DNA of 64,000 bases from the NCBI GenBank assembly GCA_963751345.1, contig CAVVUS010000011.1, positions 416,001 through 480,000 of the forward strand. The letters run 5' to 3'. A model generated the notes under the pieces. It was not told the DNA's origin and made no database searches. It saw only the letters and a program-made list of their open reading frames with translations. Below, piece after piece: positions 48,573 to 59,823 of the stretch. Both the position numbers and the translations under genes were made by a program. The DNA is from an uncultured Chloroflexia bacterium. GTDB taxonomy: Bacteria > Chloroflexota > Anaerolineae > B4-G1 > SLSP01. Numbering within the stretch: the first letter of the stretch is position 1; every line of letters starts with the position of its first letter.

Positions 48573-48591
48573 TGGGCCGCTATGACATTCC

Positions 48592-48626
48592 AACACCCCC
48601 GCCGACTGCCGGCGGGGGTGTTTTCT
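48592..48626. terminator. Intrinsic terminator between convergent genes
   Basis: AACACCCCCGCCG-ACTGC-CGGCGGGGGTGTT then TTCT. Confidence 0.8.
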
Positions 48627-48653
48627 GTGCGGCCTGCGCCATCCGAAGCGCGC

Positions 48654-49877
48654 TCAGTCGGGATAGGCGTACGGTGCCAATGCGAGCGCCGTCGTGCGTG
48701 TCAAGGCACCGGATTGCCTGACCTCGTCCAGGCCAAGCACGCCGCCGTCGGCGAAGTAGGCGAAGTCGAAATGAACCGGATCGCCGGCGACCTTTCCCGG
48801 CAGCGGCATCAGCCGCGCGGTCAGTGGCTTCTGGAGTCGAAGCGAAAGCGCCGCCACATCGAAGAGCAGCGAGGCGATCGCCTGCTCGCTGACGTCGCCC
48901 GGCAAGGGCACGGTGTCGAGACCGGTGCCGCACACCGCCGACCACTGAAGCAGGTCGCTGACGTGCAGCCGCCCCTCGGCAGCTCGCTGCGCCAGGACGC
49001 TGTCCTCGAGGACCGGCATCATCAGCCCACAAAAACCCGTGTGAAGGAACTGGGCGCCTTGCACGGCGTCGGTCAGGGTGGCGGCCGCAGCCAACGTCCC
49101 CGGAGCGCCAAGCGGCTGCCCGGTGAGGGCCTCGAGCGCCCCCCCGATGCTGATCGCGGGGTCAGGATGCGGCGCGAGCGAGAAGTCGACGCCCAGGAAT
49201 CTCACGCCGTGCGCCCGCGCGGCTCCTTGGCAGACGGTTGAGATGCCGGTGCCGTGGCTGGCGACCGCGACTCTGAGACGCCGATGTGCCTCGGCGGCAT
49301 CTGCTGCGCCGCTACAGGCGGAAAGGGCCAGGTCCGCAGACTCCGTTGCGATGGCGAACGCAGGCGTCTCTTCGGTCCAATACGCCGCCGGGAAAAACGG
49401 CGTTCCCTGCGGGACGTTCGCCAGGGCGGCGAATCGCAGATTGCCGAAGCCTCCCTCGATCCCCGCTGCCGCACGGATCACCTGCGCAGCCCCGCGAATG
49501 GCATCCCCATCGATCGCGAGACGCCCGTCGCTGCGGCTTACGATGTGTGTGGTGGCAAAGACCGTCTCTGTGGATTCCAGAATAGCCGGGAGATACCGCA
49601 GCATACCGGTTCCTGCCGGACCCAATGCCACGTAGTCGAACCCGGCGCCCAAGGACTGAGCCTCGAGCTCGCGAACTGCCGTGACGATCTCCCCCTCGCT
49701 GCTCAACCTCTCCAGCGTCGGAAAGGCATCCGTAGCGTATCTGAGCGTCTGGACCTCATACCCTGCTTCGCTGCATATCTCTTCGACCTCCCGGGCGACC
49801 TGGCCCAAGTCGCTCATGGCCGCCGCATCGGGTGGCAACTCGGTCCTGGCGAATACTGTGATTGAGCGAATCCTCAT
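48654..49877 (-). CDS. DUF711 / UPF0210 family protein
   Basis: MRIRSITV start, NLRFAALAN..PFFPAAY, GVDFSLAP, GFCGLMMPVLED, SAVCGTGLDTVPLPGD, KPLTARLMP. Confidence 0.85.
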   Translation of the reverse strand: MRIRSITVFARTELPPDAAAMSDLGQVAREVEEICSEAGYEVQTLRYATDAFPTLERLSSEGEIVTAVRELEAQSLGAGFDYVALGPAGTGMLRYLPAILESTETVFATTHIVSRSDGRLAIDGDAIRGAAQVIRAAAGIEGGFGNLRFAALANVPQGTPFFPAAYWTEETPAFAIATESADLALSACSGAADAAEAHRRLRVAVASHGTGISTVCQGAARAHGVRFLGVDFSLAPHPDPAISIGGALEALTGQPLGAPGTLAAAATLTDAVQGAQFLHTGFCGLMMPVLEDSVLAQRAAEGRLHVSDLLQWSAVCGTGLDTVPLPGDVSEQAIASLLFDVAALSLRLQKPLTARLMPLPGKVAGDPVHFDFAYFADGGVLGLDEVRQSGALTRTTALALAPYAYPD

Positions 49878-50009
49878 CTCTCTCCCCCTCTTCCTGGCGT
49901 AACGTGCCTGGCGAACCACGGGGATTATAGACCGAATCCGCGCAGCGCAGACATGGTTTCCGCTCTCTACGGGTGCACTCCATTCCGGAGGAAAGACGGC
50001 CACAGAAGG

Positions 50010-50115
50010 TGGACCGGGCGTCTCGCCCGCTCTGGCGAGGGCGGACTGTGCGCAGGCGGTTGAGGCCACGCCGTGGCTGTATTCGTGCGCTGGCGGGCGA
50101 GACGCCCGCGGTCCA
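50010..50115. repeat. REPIN-like inverted pair of GCGGGCGAGACGCCCGC palindromes in a divergent intergenic region
   Basis: TGGACC-GGGCGTCTCGCCCGC (50010-50030) inverted against GCGGGCGAGACGCCCGCGGTCCA (50093-50115). Confidence 0.75.
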
Positions 50116-50353
50116 TTATTGGCGCTCACCTGGCGTCCTTAGCTTGATACGCATGGGCGAGATCCTGAGGCTGCGCTCAGAACAGGCTGCCCGCGGTCCA
50201 TCATTGCTGGGCTGCCTGCCCCGATCCTCTCCACCCCCAATTGCGGCGTCGCCAACTCTCTGCTATATTAGGCATGGGCGCGGGTGCACAGTACCACCGG
50301 TCGGCCCGAGGCTCAGTTCCGTCCTATCTCTCGACCACGCAAAGGGGGTCACG

Positions 50354-51007
50354 ATGCCGGTTATAACGATTTCTCGCGAGTATGGAAGTGGGGGCACGCA
50401 GATTGCCCAGCGCCTGTGTCAGGTTCTCGGCTACAGCTACTTCGACAAGGACCTCATGGTCCAGGTCGCTGGCGAGGCGGGCGTCTCTGAGGCCAACGTG
50501 GTCGATTTCTCAGAGGACACCTACAAGATGCGCAGTTTCGTCGAGCGTCTGGTTGGCCGCCGGCGCTTGAGGACCGATGTCCCGCCTGCGAACGCCGGAG
50601 CGACCCCACTGCGGGTCGAGACGCTGAGCGAGGCCGACGGCATCAAGCTGGTCACGGACACGATTCTGGCTGCCTATGACCGCGACAACGTGGTGATCGT
50701 GGGCCGGGGCGGGCAGGCTATCCTGCAGGAGAAGCCCGGCGTCTTGCACGTTCGGGTCATCGCGCCGCTGGGCGGGCGAGCGCTGCGCGTCAAGGAAGAG
50801 CACGACATTTCGCTGTCCGAGGCGACCGAGCTGGCTCAGACGAAGGACCAGGCTGCGGAGGCCTACCTGGAGCGTTTCTTCAATATCGACTGGGACAACC
50901 CTATGCTCTACCATTTGATCCTCAACATTGGGAAGTGGGAGATCGAGGGCGCGGCCGATGTCATCATCGGCGCGCTGACCAACCTGAAGACGCTTCCCGA
51001 GCTCTGA
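50354..51007 (+). CDS. Cytidylate kinase-like family protein
   Basis: VITISREYGSGG, VIVGRGG, YHLILN. TTGCGG-N17-TATATT upstream. Confidence 0.9.
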   Translation: MPVITISREYGSGGTQIAQRLCQVLGYSYFDKDLMVQVAGEAGVSEANVVDFSEDTYKMRSFVERLVGRRRLRTDVPPANAGATPLRVETLSEADGIKLVTDTILAAYDRDNVVIVGRGGQAILQEKPGVLHVRVIAPLGGRALRVKEEHDISLSEATELAQTKDQAAEAYLERFFNIDWDNPMLYHLILNIGKWEIEGAADVIIGALTNLKTLPEL

Positions 51008-52254
51008 GTTGCCCGCGGGGAGACCTTTGGGGTTTCCAGCCTCAGCCGATTCCTGCTCGAGCTACGAACCCCAAAGGTGCTTAACTGACCCAACGCCTGG
51101 TCGAGATCCTCGATGATATCCTCGGGATCCTCAATGCCGACGGCGAAGCGGACGAGGCCATCGGTGATCCCCGAAGCCAACCGGGTCTGACGTGGAAGAC
51201 TGCGATGCGTCGTACTCGCGGGGTGCGTGATCAGCGTTCTGACGTCACCGAGACTTACGGTACGCGCACACAGGTTCACGTGATCGAGGAGATGCCTGCC
51301 GGCCTCCAGCCCGCCTTCGACTTCGAACACGACCACGCCGCCGCCGCCGCCCGGCATCTGGCGCCGGGCGAGATCGTATTGCGGGTGCGAGGGATGCCAG
51401 GGATAGCGGACCCAGGCGATGTCGGGGCGATCCGCGAGCCATTCGGCGACCCTCAGGGCATTGGCGTTGTGCCGCGCCATTCGCAGCGGGAGCGTCGTGA
51501 TCCCCCGTGCGATCAACCAGGCGTTGAAAGGGCTGATGCAACCGCCATACCGGCGGATGGGGCCTTTGAGCACGCTTTCGATGAAGGCTGCGGAACCTAC
51601 GACTGCGCCACCCAGCGAGTCCCCGTGCCCGCCCAGGAACTTGGTGGCGGAGTGAACCACGACGTCGATGCCTAGCTCGATGGGGCGCTGGTTCACCGGT
51701 GTGGCGAACGTGTTGTCGATGATGGTCATAATGCCGTGATGCCTGGCGATCTCGGCCAGCGCGGCGATGTCGTTCATCATCAGGGCAGGGTTGCCCGGAG
51801 ATTCCAGGTAGATCACGCGGGTGTTGGGCCGGATCGCGGCCTCGAACGCAGCGGTATCGGACGCCTCGACGAGGGTGACCTCGACCCCGTAGCGCGGCAG
51901 ATCCTCGGTAATCAGGTGATACGAGCCGCTGTAGAGGCCCGTGGTCGCCACGATATGGTCACCCCCCTCGACGACTGCGAGAAGCGCGGCGCTGACCGCC
52001 GCCATACCGGAGGCAGTGGCCACGGCGGCCTCCGCACCCTCCAGAGCGGCGACCTTCTGCTCCATCACGGCGATTGTCGGGTTGCCCCAACGCGTGTAGA
52101 TGGGCTGATTTTCCAGCTCGAATGCTCGGGCGGCTTCCTCCGCGCTGTCGAAGATGTAGGTGTTTGCCATATGCAGCGGCGGGGAGACGTCTTGCGGCGA
52201 TAGCTCCGTGCCGGTGTGGACAGCCTTCGTTTGCAGACCCCAAGATCGTTTCAT
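50908..52254 (-). CDS. PLP-dependent trans-sulfuration enzyme (methionine gamma-lyase / cystathionine gamma-synthase family); true stop probably near 51081
   Basis: YTRWGNPT, ASGMAA, YLESPGNP, DNTFATP, HSATKFLGGH, VSLGD, RFAVGIED. The ORF as read runs through a palindrome into the convergent gene. Confidence 0.9.
   Translation of the reverse strand: MKRSWGLQTKAVHTGTELSPQDVSPPLHMANTYIFDSAEEAARAFELENQPIYTRWGNPTIAVMEQKVAALEGAEAAVATASGMAAVSAALLAVVEGGDHIVATTGLYSGSYHLITEDLPRYGVEVTLVEASDTAAFEAAIRPNTRVIYLESPGNPALMMNDIAALAEIARHHGIMTIIDNTFATPVNQRPIELGIDVVVHSATKFLGGHGDSLGGAVVGSAAFIESVLKGPIRRYGGCISPFNAWLIARGITTLPLRMARHNANALRVAEWLADRPDIAWVRYPWHPSHPQYDLARRQMPGGGGGVVVFEVEGGLEAGRHLLDHVNLCARTVSLGDVRTLITHPASTTHRSLPRQTRLASGITDGLVRFAVGIEDPEDIIEDLDQALGQLSTFGVRSSSRNRLRLETPKVSPRATQSSGSVFRLVSAPMMTSAAPSISHFPMLRIKW
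51021..51078. repeat. Third copy of the ACCTTTGGGG...CCCCAAAGGT palindrome, between convergent genes
   Basis: ACCTTTGGGGTT 51023-51034 / AACCCCAAAGGT 51067-51078; interior differs from the other copies. Confidence 0.8.
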
Positions 52255-52457
52255 AGGTGTGGCCTTTCTCACAAAATGCGGGCGCCGAGGGCGCCCTAAG
52301 CGCTCAGTGTAGCACGGTCGCCGCGCTTAGCCACGCTCGTGAGCGTCAGACCGTCGAGCGCACGCCTCGCCGGGTTGCTTCAGCCGCCTTAGCAGGTAGA
52401 ATCCTGGGAGCGCTCGCACACCGAGAGCATCAGGCATAGGAGATCATACCATACGAG

Positions 52458-55400
52458 ATGACCGGCATCGCACAGATCACGCCCATTGAGACAGAGCCCT
52501 CGTCCAAACCTCGGCCCCACCGCATCAAGGTCGACGCGTGGAAAGTGGCCTATCTGGTCATCCTGATCCTGGCGCTGGCGACACGCCTGGTCGCGCTCGG
52601 CGACCGTGCCGTCAGCCACGATGAGACCACGCACGCCAAGTACTCCTGGAACCTCTACACGGGCCGCGGCTTCCGCCCCGACCCCCTGATGCACGGGCCC
52701 CTCCTCTTCGAGGCCACGGCTTTCTTCTTCGCGCTCTTTGGGGTGAGCGATTTCACCGCTCGCCTCTATACCGCGCTGGCGGGCGTGGCCCTGGTCATGG
52801 CGCCGTGGCTCCTGCGAAAGTGGTTGGGACGGCTGGGAGCCGTCATCGCGTCGGTCAGCCTGCTCATTTCGCCAATCGTGACCTACTACTCGCGCTATAC
52901 GCGCCACGACATCCCGATCATGCTGGCGGCTATCCTCTTGCTCTGGACGATCCTTCGCTATCTCGACAGCGGCGAGCACCGGTGGTTCTGGCCGATGGGC
53001 GTCTTCTTTGCCCTGATGTACGCTTCGAAGGAGAACGCCTACATCTACACAGCGATCTTCTTCGGCCTGATGGCGCTCCCTCTCCTCTGGCAGATCGTGA
53101 GGACCCGCTGGGACCGGCCGAACCTGATCCCGTGGATGGTGCTCCTCCTGGTCATCGCGCTTCTGGCGGGCGGGCTCTTCGCTGCGTCGCTCCGTCAGCC
53201 GCCGCCGGTCGAGCCGGAAGCTGTCACCGATGCCGCCGCGAGTGTCGCCCCACCGGTCTGGGGACGCGCCGGACTGGGAGTCGGGATCCTCGCCGCCGGA
53301 CTGATGGCGGTGATCGGTGTCGCCGCGGTGGGGGAGTCAAAGCTCCGTTCGTTCAGGCTTTTCGACGTGCTGGTGGTGCTTGGCACCTTCACCTTGCCCT
53401 TGGGCTCTGCCCTGCTGATGCGCTTCATCGCCGGTGTGGACATGACGCTCTTCTACGGGGCGCTGATGTCGGGAAGTTTTGCCGGCGTGCCCGGTCCTAT
53501 CCACCGTCGGGGCGTTCGTGACCCTGGGGGTGACATTGGCGGCGAGCGTCGGCATCGGGCTCTGGTGGAACATCAGGCGGTGGCCGATCATCGCGCTGGT
53601 CTACTACGGTGTCTTCTTCGTTCTCTTCAGCACGATCTTCACGTACGGCTGGGGCGTGCTGACCGGGCTCGTCGGCGGGCTGGCATACTGGATGGCGCAG
53701 CAGGGCGTACAGCGTGGGAGCCAGCCGTGGTACTACTACGGCATCATCGGTTCCCTCTATGAGTACATGCCGGTGGTCATCTCGTTGGTGGCGGGGGCTT
53801 GGTTGGTCGTCACCACGCTCGTGCGCAGGCCTGCCCCGCGCGCTGAGGTCTCCGATGAGCAGGCCGACAGAGCCCGAACCTGTTGTGCCCCCGATCTCCG
53901 AGCTTCTGCCGCGTCTCTTTCCCTTTTTCCTGCTGGCCTGGGCGCTGCTCTCGTGGGTTGCCTATGCCGTCGCCGGCGAGAAGATGCCCTGGCTCACGGT
54001 GCACATTGTGTTCCCCCACATCCTGCTTGCGGCGTGGGCGCTCGATCGGGCGTTTCACGACCTGACCTGGCGCGGGTTGGTGAGGCATTGGGCGTGGTTG
54101 GTGCCCGTCTCGCTGATCCTCCTCGGGTTCGCGTGGGCGGCGTTCGGAGAATCGTCGGGTAGCATGCGGCAGGTGCTTCAGCAGAGCGGGGCCGGAGAGC
54201 AGTTGGCGCTGGCAATCGAGCAACTCGAGCCGCTTGGGCGGACGATCGGTGGGCTGCTGGGTATTCTGATCTTCGGTGGGTTGCTCTTTTATGCTGTGGA
54301 GATCCAAGGGGTGAGACGCAGCCTCCGCCTGGCCGGGGTGACGGCTGTTGCCATCCTCGGCGTGCTGACCGTCCGCACGATGGTGATGGCCTGTTTCATC
54401 GACGATGAGCTGGCGACGGAGTTTCTCGTCTACGCCCACGGCACCCCGGACGTCAAGAAGGTCCTGGCCGATCTCGATGAACTCTCCTGGCGACTTACGG
54501 AGACGCCGGACCAACTCGCCGTGGCCTACGGCAAGGAGGTCGCCTGGCCTTTCTACTGGTATATGGACTCGCGCTATCCCGAGAGCTACTATTTTGAGAC
54601 GCCGGACCCGGATCGACTCCTCGCGTCGTCGGTCATCATCGCGGCGCGCTCCGAGTGGCCTGCCGTGGATGCCATCGTCGGCGACGGGTACGATACCTTC
54701 CTGTACAAGCACATCTGGTGGCCCATCGAGGACTACAAGAACCTCACGTGGGAGCGTATTCGCACCGCCCTGACCGATCCGGCGTGGCGGCAGGCCGTGT
54801 GGGACATTGTCTGGAGGCGAGACTACACGCGTTTCGCCGAGCTGCAGAATCCTGCGAGCCCGTTTACCCTGACGACCTGGCCGAATCGGCTGGAGTTCCG
54901 CCTCTATGTGCGCAAGGACGTCAATGACCTTGTCTGGGCTCAGCGCCCCGCAGGCGGGCAGCCGGCCACATCGGGCACGTCGGCCGACGACCCCTTCGCG
55001 GAGGGCGAGCGCGCCGTTTCCCCCGACAGGACGATCGCGATGCCGGGCACGACGCCTCGCGGCATCGCCACGGCCCCCGACGGCACGCTCTACGTCGCTG
55101 ACCCCGCCGGTAACCGGGTCTGGCACCTGACGGCCGACGCCGTGATGCTCGAGGTCTGGGGCAGCTACGGCACCGCGCCGGGGCAGTTCGACCGGCCCTG
55201 GGATGTCGCCGTGGACGCCGAGGGCAACGTCTACGTGGCCGATACCTGGAACCACCGCATTCAGAAGTTCACCGGCTGGGGCACGCCTCTGTTGAGTTGG
55301 GGCCGGTTCGCGCAGGTGGACGTGAACGATCCGACGGGCTGGGGCGCCTTCTACGGCCCGCGGGGCGTGGCGGTCGGCCCCGACGGCGAGGTCTACGTTG

Positions 55401-55864
55401 CCGATACCGGCAACAGTCGGATCCAGGTCTTCGATGGGAACGGGCAGTTCCTGAGGGCCTTCGACGGCGGCGTCATTGCTCCCGACCAGAGCACACTCGT
55501 GTCGCCGCTCTCGGAGCCCTCCGATGTCGCCGTCGCGGAGAACGGCGATGTCTACGTCGCGGACCTATGGCATCGCCGGGTACAGGTGTTGGCGAGCGAC
55601 GGTACGTTCCTGCGGGGATGGGATGTGCCTACCTGGGCGAGCGGCACGCTCGACGATGAGCCGCAGCTCTCGGTCCTGGGTGACGCCGTCGTGGTCACCG
55701 ATCCCGGCTACGGGCGCATCCTCAGCTTCACGCCCGATGGCACCTTTGTGGAGGCGCTTCGCTCCGCTGAGGGCGATGTCGTCCCCGCGGGCGTGGCCCT
55801 CCACTCGGACGGAATCGCGGTATCAGACGTGCAGGGCGCCCAGGTGTTCGTTTACCGCCGGTGA
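52458..55864 (+). CDS. TIGR03663/Agl23-like GT-C membrane protein fused to NHL beta-propeller; frameshifts near 53490 and 53820
   Basis: SHDET.H, DPLMHGP, YSRYTRHD, SKEN, YWMAQQGVQRGSQPWYYY, GEKMPW, LVYAH. NHL repeats PRGIA, VYVADTWNHRIQKF and GPRGVAV. Confidence 0.82.
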
Positions 55865-55882
55865 CAAGGAGTGGGAAGCACT

Positions 55883-55929
55883 GAGTACGGAGTAAGGAGT
55901 AGGATCGCCCTACTCCTTGCTCCGTACTC
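55883..55929. terminator. 21-bp hairpin built of GAGTA(C/A)G heptamers between convergent genes
   Basis: GAGTACGGAGTAAGGAGTAGG-ATCGC-CCTACTCCTTGCTCCGTACTC. Confidence 0.75.
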
Positions 55930-55939
55930 CTGACTCCTG

Positions 55940-57079
55940 TCATTTCTGATGATTCGGATCCGTCACCCGCTGATCCTCGACGTTCTTGTCCTTCGACGTG
56001 GCCTTCTTGGCCTCGATGAAGGCATCGTACGCAGCCCGGTCGACCGGCAGAGCGACAGGATGCCCGGTATGGCCGGAAAGGAGTATCGCATCGGCAAGTT
56101 CGAGGCTGTAGATGGCCTCGGGTCCCGGCGAGATGAGCGGCTCACCTTCCATGATAGCCCTCGCCACGTTGGCGACGATGGCGGCGTGTCCGGTCGGGCG
56201 CTCTTCGAGCTCTATTTCGATTTCCTGGGCATCGGGATGTCCCCACATGGCCTCGACGGCATCCGAGGCGGCTCGCACGCCGGGCGAGACCTCCCAGAAG
56301 TGAATCTCGTCGTTGGCGATGACCAGCTTCCCCAGCTCACCGCACAGCTCGATGCGGGTGCCGGTGGGGAACTCGTTGACGCTCTCCAGCAGATAGCCGG
56401 TGGCGCCATTGGGATACTCGATGAGGGCCGTGGCTTCGTCCTCGACCTCGATGATGTGCTGTCGGGTAGCGACCTTGGCGATCACGCGGGAGGGCATGCC
56501 GCCGAGCCACGTGAACAGGTCCATGCCGTGGGGGGCCTGATTCAGCAGGACGCCGCCGCCCTCGCCCTTCCAGGTGGCGCGCCACCCGGCCGAGTTGTAG
56601 TAGGCCTGGCTGCGGAAGTGGCTGTCGATCAGCAGCGTGCGGTAGAGCTCGCCCAGCCGGCCCTCGTCGACGAGGCGCTTCGCTGCCTGGCTCACCGGCA
56701 GCGTGCGCTGCTGGAACATCACGGAGAAGACGACGCCCGTGCGCTTGGCCGCCTCGATCATCGCCTCCGCGCCGGAGACGGTCACCGCCATCGGCTTCTC
56801 GCTGATGACGTGGATCCCGCGCTCCATCGCGTCGACGGCGATGGGAGGGTGGAAGTAGTGCGGGGTCGCCACAATCACGGCGTCGACCAGGCCGCTGTCG
56901 AGCAGCTCGACGTGGCTGGAGAATCCCGGGACGCCATAGGCGTCGGTCGCGGTCTGTAGCGCCGCGGGCGAGATGTCGCAGACCGCGGTGAGCTTGACTT
57001 CGTCGATAAAGGGCATATTCCGGGCGTGGCCACTGCCCATCCCGCCAACGCCGATGATCCCAAAGCGAACGGTATCCAT
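55940..57079 (-). CDS. Gfo/Idh/MocA family oxidoreductase
   Basis: GIIGVGGMG, ATPHYFH, SEKP, WRATWKGEGGGVLLNQAPH; GGAGG RBS. Confidence 0.93.
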   Translation of the reverse strand: MDTVRFGIIGVGGMGSGHARNMPFIDEVKLTAVCDISPAALQTATDAYGVPGFSSHVELLDSGLVDAVIVATPHYFHPPIAVDAMERGIHVISEKPMAVTVSGAEAMIEAAKRTGVVFSVMFQQRTLPVSQAAKRLVDEGRLGELYRTLLIDSHFRSQAYYNSAGWRATWKGEGGGVLLNQAPHGMDLFTWLGGMPSRVIAKVATRQHIIEVEDEATALIEYPNGATGYLLESVNEFPTGTRIELCGELGKLVIANDEIHFWEVSPGVRAASDAVEAMWGHPDAQEIEIELEERPTGHAAIVANVARAIMEGEPLISPGPEAIYSLELADAILLSGHTGHPVALPVDRAAYDAFIEAKKATSKDKNVEDQRVTDPNHQK

Positions 57080-57185
57080 TGTCAGCCTCCTCGTAGACGA
57101 GAACGTGGGTTTGCTGTGAGCGAGTATATACCGTGTCGGGATAGATGGGAATTGGCGCACCTTGTGCTTGGAGATGTCGATCGTT

Positions 57186-59321
57186 ATGCTTGTCTATCAG
57201 CTCACCATTTTCATCTCTGCCGTTCTGCTCTTTCTGATCCAGCCGCTGATCGGGAACGTGATCCTGCCCTGGTTCGGCGGATCTTCAGCCGTCTGGTCGG
57301 TGGCGGTGCTCTTCTTCCAGATACTGCTGGTCGTGGGCTATGCCTACGGTCACTTCTTGGTCCGGCGTCTGGGCCATCGCCGTCAGGGATGGGTACATCT
57401 CGGCGTGCTGGCCCTCTCTCTGCTCGTGTTGGGGCTCAACTTCATCGTCTGGCCGACGGCCATCACGCCCGGCGACCGTTGGGCCCCGGCAGCCGGCCAG
57501 GCACCGCTGCTCCGGGAGTTGCTGGCACTGGCGGTCAGTGTTGGGCTTCCCTATCTCGTGCTCTCCACGACCAGCCCCTTGGTGCAGACGTGGTATCGCC
57601 GCGCGCTTTCCCGATCGGAACCCCTACCCGCTCTACGCGCTCTCTAATGTGGGGTCGGTTCTGGCGCTGCTTGGGGTATCCGCTGCTGATGCAGCCCCTA
57701 TTCACGATTCCCGGCCAGGCGAACGCGTGGTCCGTCGGATACCTGGGGTTCGCCGTAGGGGTGTCGCTCGTCGCAGGGTCCGTGCTGCGCCCGGCCCTGG
57801 GCCGCCGGCCCGGGCCGCGCGCCCGGCGACCCGCATCCGAGAGCGTCGCTGAGACGGCGCCGCAGCCGCGCGCGAGAATGCGGGGGCGATGGTTGCTCTG
57901 GTTGGGCTTCTCCATGGTGGGTTCGGTTCTGCTCCTTGGCACCACCAACGAGATCACGGTCAACATCATGGCGCTGCCTATGCTCTGGGTAGGGCCGCTT
58001 GGTGATCTACCTGCTCACCTTTGTCATTGTCTTCAGCGGTGACCGGGGCTACTCACGCTGGTACCTTCTGCTTCTGCTTATCGCGACCCAGGTCTTCGGG
58101 ACGGTCTTGTCGCGCGGCAATGCTGCGCCCCTCCTGATGCAGTTGGGTGTCTACGGGGTGACCCTCTTCGCCGGCTGTATGGTGAGCCATGGAGAACTTG
58201 CGCAGGCTGCGTCCGCGCCAAGGCGATCTGACCGGTTTCTACCTGGTGCTCGGGGTAGGGGGCGCGCTTGGGGGGATCTTTGTCAACATCGTGGCGCCCG
58301 CGGTCTTCAAGGGCACGTGGGAGTTCCCCCTCGCGTTGCTGGCGTGCTGGACGCTCGCCGCGCTTGCGCTCGCGCTCGATAAGAGCTCTCGGATTGCGCG
58401 GCGGGAGTCGTTCCAGCTCATCATGTTCGCCCTGTTTGCGGTGGGGATGCTCACCAGCGCCTATCTCCTCGTCATGTCCGTTCGCGGCTTCAACGAGTCC
58501 ACGCTCGCGTCGGAGCGCAACTTCTACGGCATCCTTCGCGTGCGGGCCGTCGCTCTGGGCGATCCGCCGCACGCCGCCTACGAGATGGTGCACGACACGA
58601 CGATCCACGGCGTCCAGTACGTGACACAGGACCTGCGCGACCGGCCGACGGCGTACTACGGTCGCAACAGCGGGGTAGGGCTATCCATCCGAAAGCTGCA
58701 GGCGCGAAGCGACGCCATTCGCGTCGGCGCGCTTGGTCTGGGGGCCGGCACGATCGCGACCTACAACCGCGCCGGCGACGTCATGCGCTTCTACGAGATC
58801 GATCCCGAGGTCATGCGCTACGCCGAGGGTGAGGGCGGCTACTTCAGCTTCCTGGCGGATGCCGCCGGGGAGATCGACATCGTCCCGGGCGACGCACGGC
58901 TCTCGCTCGCGCACGAGCTTGCGTCAGGCGGGTCGCAGCGCTACGACCTGCTCGCCGTCGACGTCTTCAGCGGAGACGCGCCCCCCGTCCACATGCTCAC
59001 GTTGGAGGCCTTCGACCTCTACCTGGCGCACCTCACCGGCGACGGCCTGCTCGCGATCCACATCAGCACCACGCACCTGGACCTCGTGACCCTGCTCGCA
59101 GCAGAAGCGCGAGCAACTGGGGCTGCACGGTGTCATCGTCGACGACCTGGCGGGACGACGCCGGCAGCTTCCCGTCGCAGTGGGTGGTCATCAGCCGCGA
59201 TCCCGCCGCCCTCGCAGGAGGGTGGCTCGGCGACGCCCCCGACCTGGCCACGCGCCTCGACCCTGCCGTCCGTCCCTGGACCGACAGCTACAGCAACCTC
59301 CTCCAGGTCATCACCCGCTAG
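57186..59321 (+). CDS. Fused multi-TM / spermidine-synthase-like SAM methyltransferase; several frameshifts
   Basis: SAVLLFLIQPLIG..ILPWFGG, NPYPLYALSN, CMVSHGEL, RNFYG, TTIHGVQ, GLGAGT, YEIDP, GDAR, DVFSGD, WTDSYSNL across ORFs 57162, 57340, 57026, 57999, 58189 and 59130. Confidence 0.82.
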
Positions 59322-59335
59322 TGGACAGTCAAGTT

Positions 59336-59410
59336 GGTTCTAGTAACCGATTCATCGGTTCCGGGGCCGCCTTCTGATGCACCGGAACGACTGAAGTCGT
59401 ACTACGAACC
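59336..59410. repeat. GTAG-type REPIN-like element (two inverted small palindromes)
   Basis: GGTTC-TAGT-AACCGA-TTCA-TCGGTT ... AACGAC-TGAA-GTCGT-ACTACGAACC. Confidence 0.65.
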
Positions 59411-59478
59411 CCAAAAACCAGCTTCACTGATCACTAAGTGCTTCGGCCCGCGACCGGCGTTGAAGACGTGCCGCCGGC

Positions 59479-59554
59479 ACGTCTTCTGAGACGCTACGTC
59501 TTCTGAGACGCTACTCTTCGAGACGCTACGTCTTCTGAGACGCTACGTCTTCTG
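59479..59554. repeat. 17-nt intergenic tandem repeat x4.5 (ACGTCTTCTGAGACGCT)
   Basis: Units at 59479, 59496, 59513 (shortened), 59528 and 59545; preceded by hairpin GAAGACGTGCC-GCC-GGCACGTCTTC. Confidence 0.88.
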
Positions 59555-59582
59555 CCTCCCTCGCCACCTGCCGTGCCCGCCA

Positions 59583-59673
59583 CCCCCGACCTGGCTACGC
59601 AGTCGGCCCCGCTGTCCTTCCCTGGACTGACAGCTACTCCAACCTCCTCCTGGTCATCACGCGCCAGCCGTAG
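59583..59673 (+). pseudogene. Diverged duplicate of the 3' end of the spermidine-synthase-like gene
   Basis: Aligns by eye to 59236-59321 (..PWTDSYSNLL[Q/L]VITR). Confidence 0.7.
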
Positions 59674-59749
59674 CTCGGCCTGCGACGTCTGTTGTAGAGA
59701 CGCGGGCTTGCCCTGCGCCAAGCCGCGGGAAGGGCCGGGGGCCTCTCCC

Positions 59750-59777
59750 TTGACAGGCGCTCCCCGCCACATAGGAT
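59750..59777 (+). promoter_or_regulatory. sigma70 promoter (TTGACA-N16-TAGGAT) for the Ser/Thr kinase
   Basis: TTGACA 59750-59755 and TAGGAT 59772-59777. Confidence 0.6.
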
Positions 59778-59823
59778 GGGGCGTGGGAACGCCGATAGTG
59801 TTGAGCCTCAAAGGGGTCGACCT

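Noticed and set aside
50908-51080. C-terminal extension of the methionine gamma-lyase-like ORF overlapping the convergent gene
   Set aside because: Homology ends at EDLDQAL. The extension runs through a palindrome and a one-base shift gives TAA at 51081-51083, so it is probably an indel.
59479-59554. 17-nt repeats near cas3 as a CRISPR array
   Set aside because: Units are directly adjacent with no spacers and are too short.
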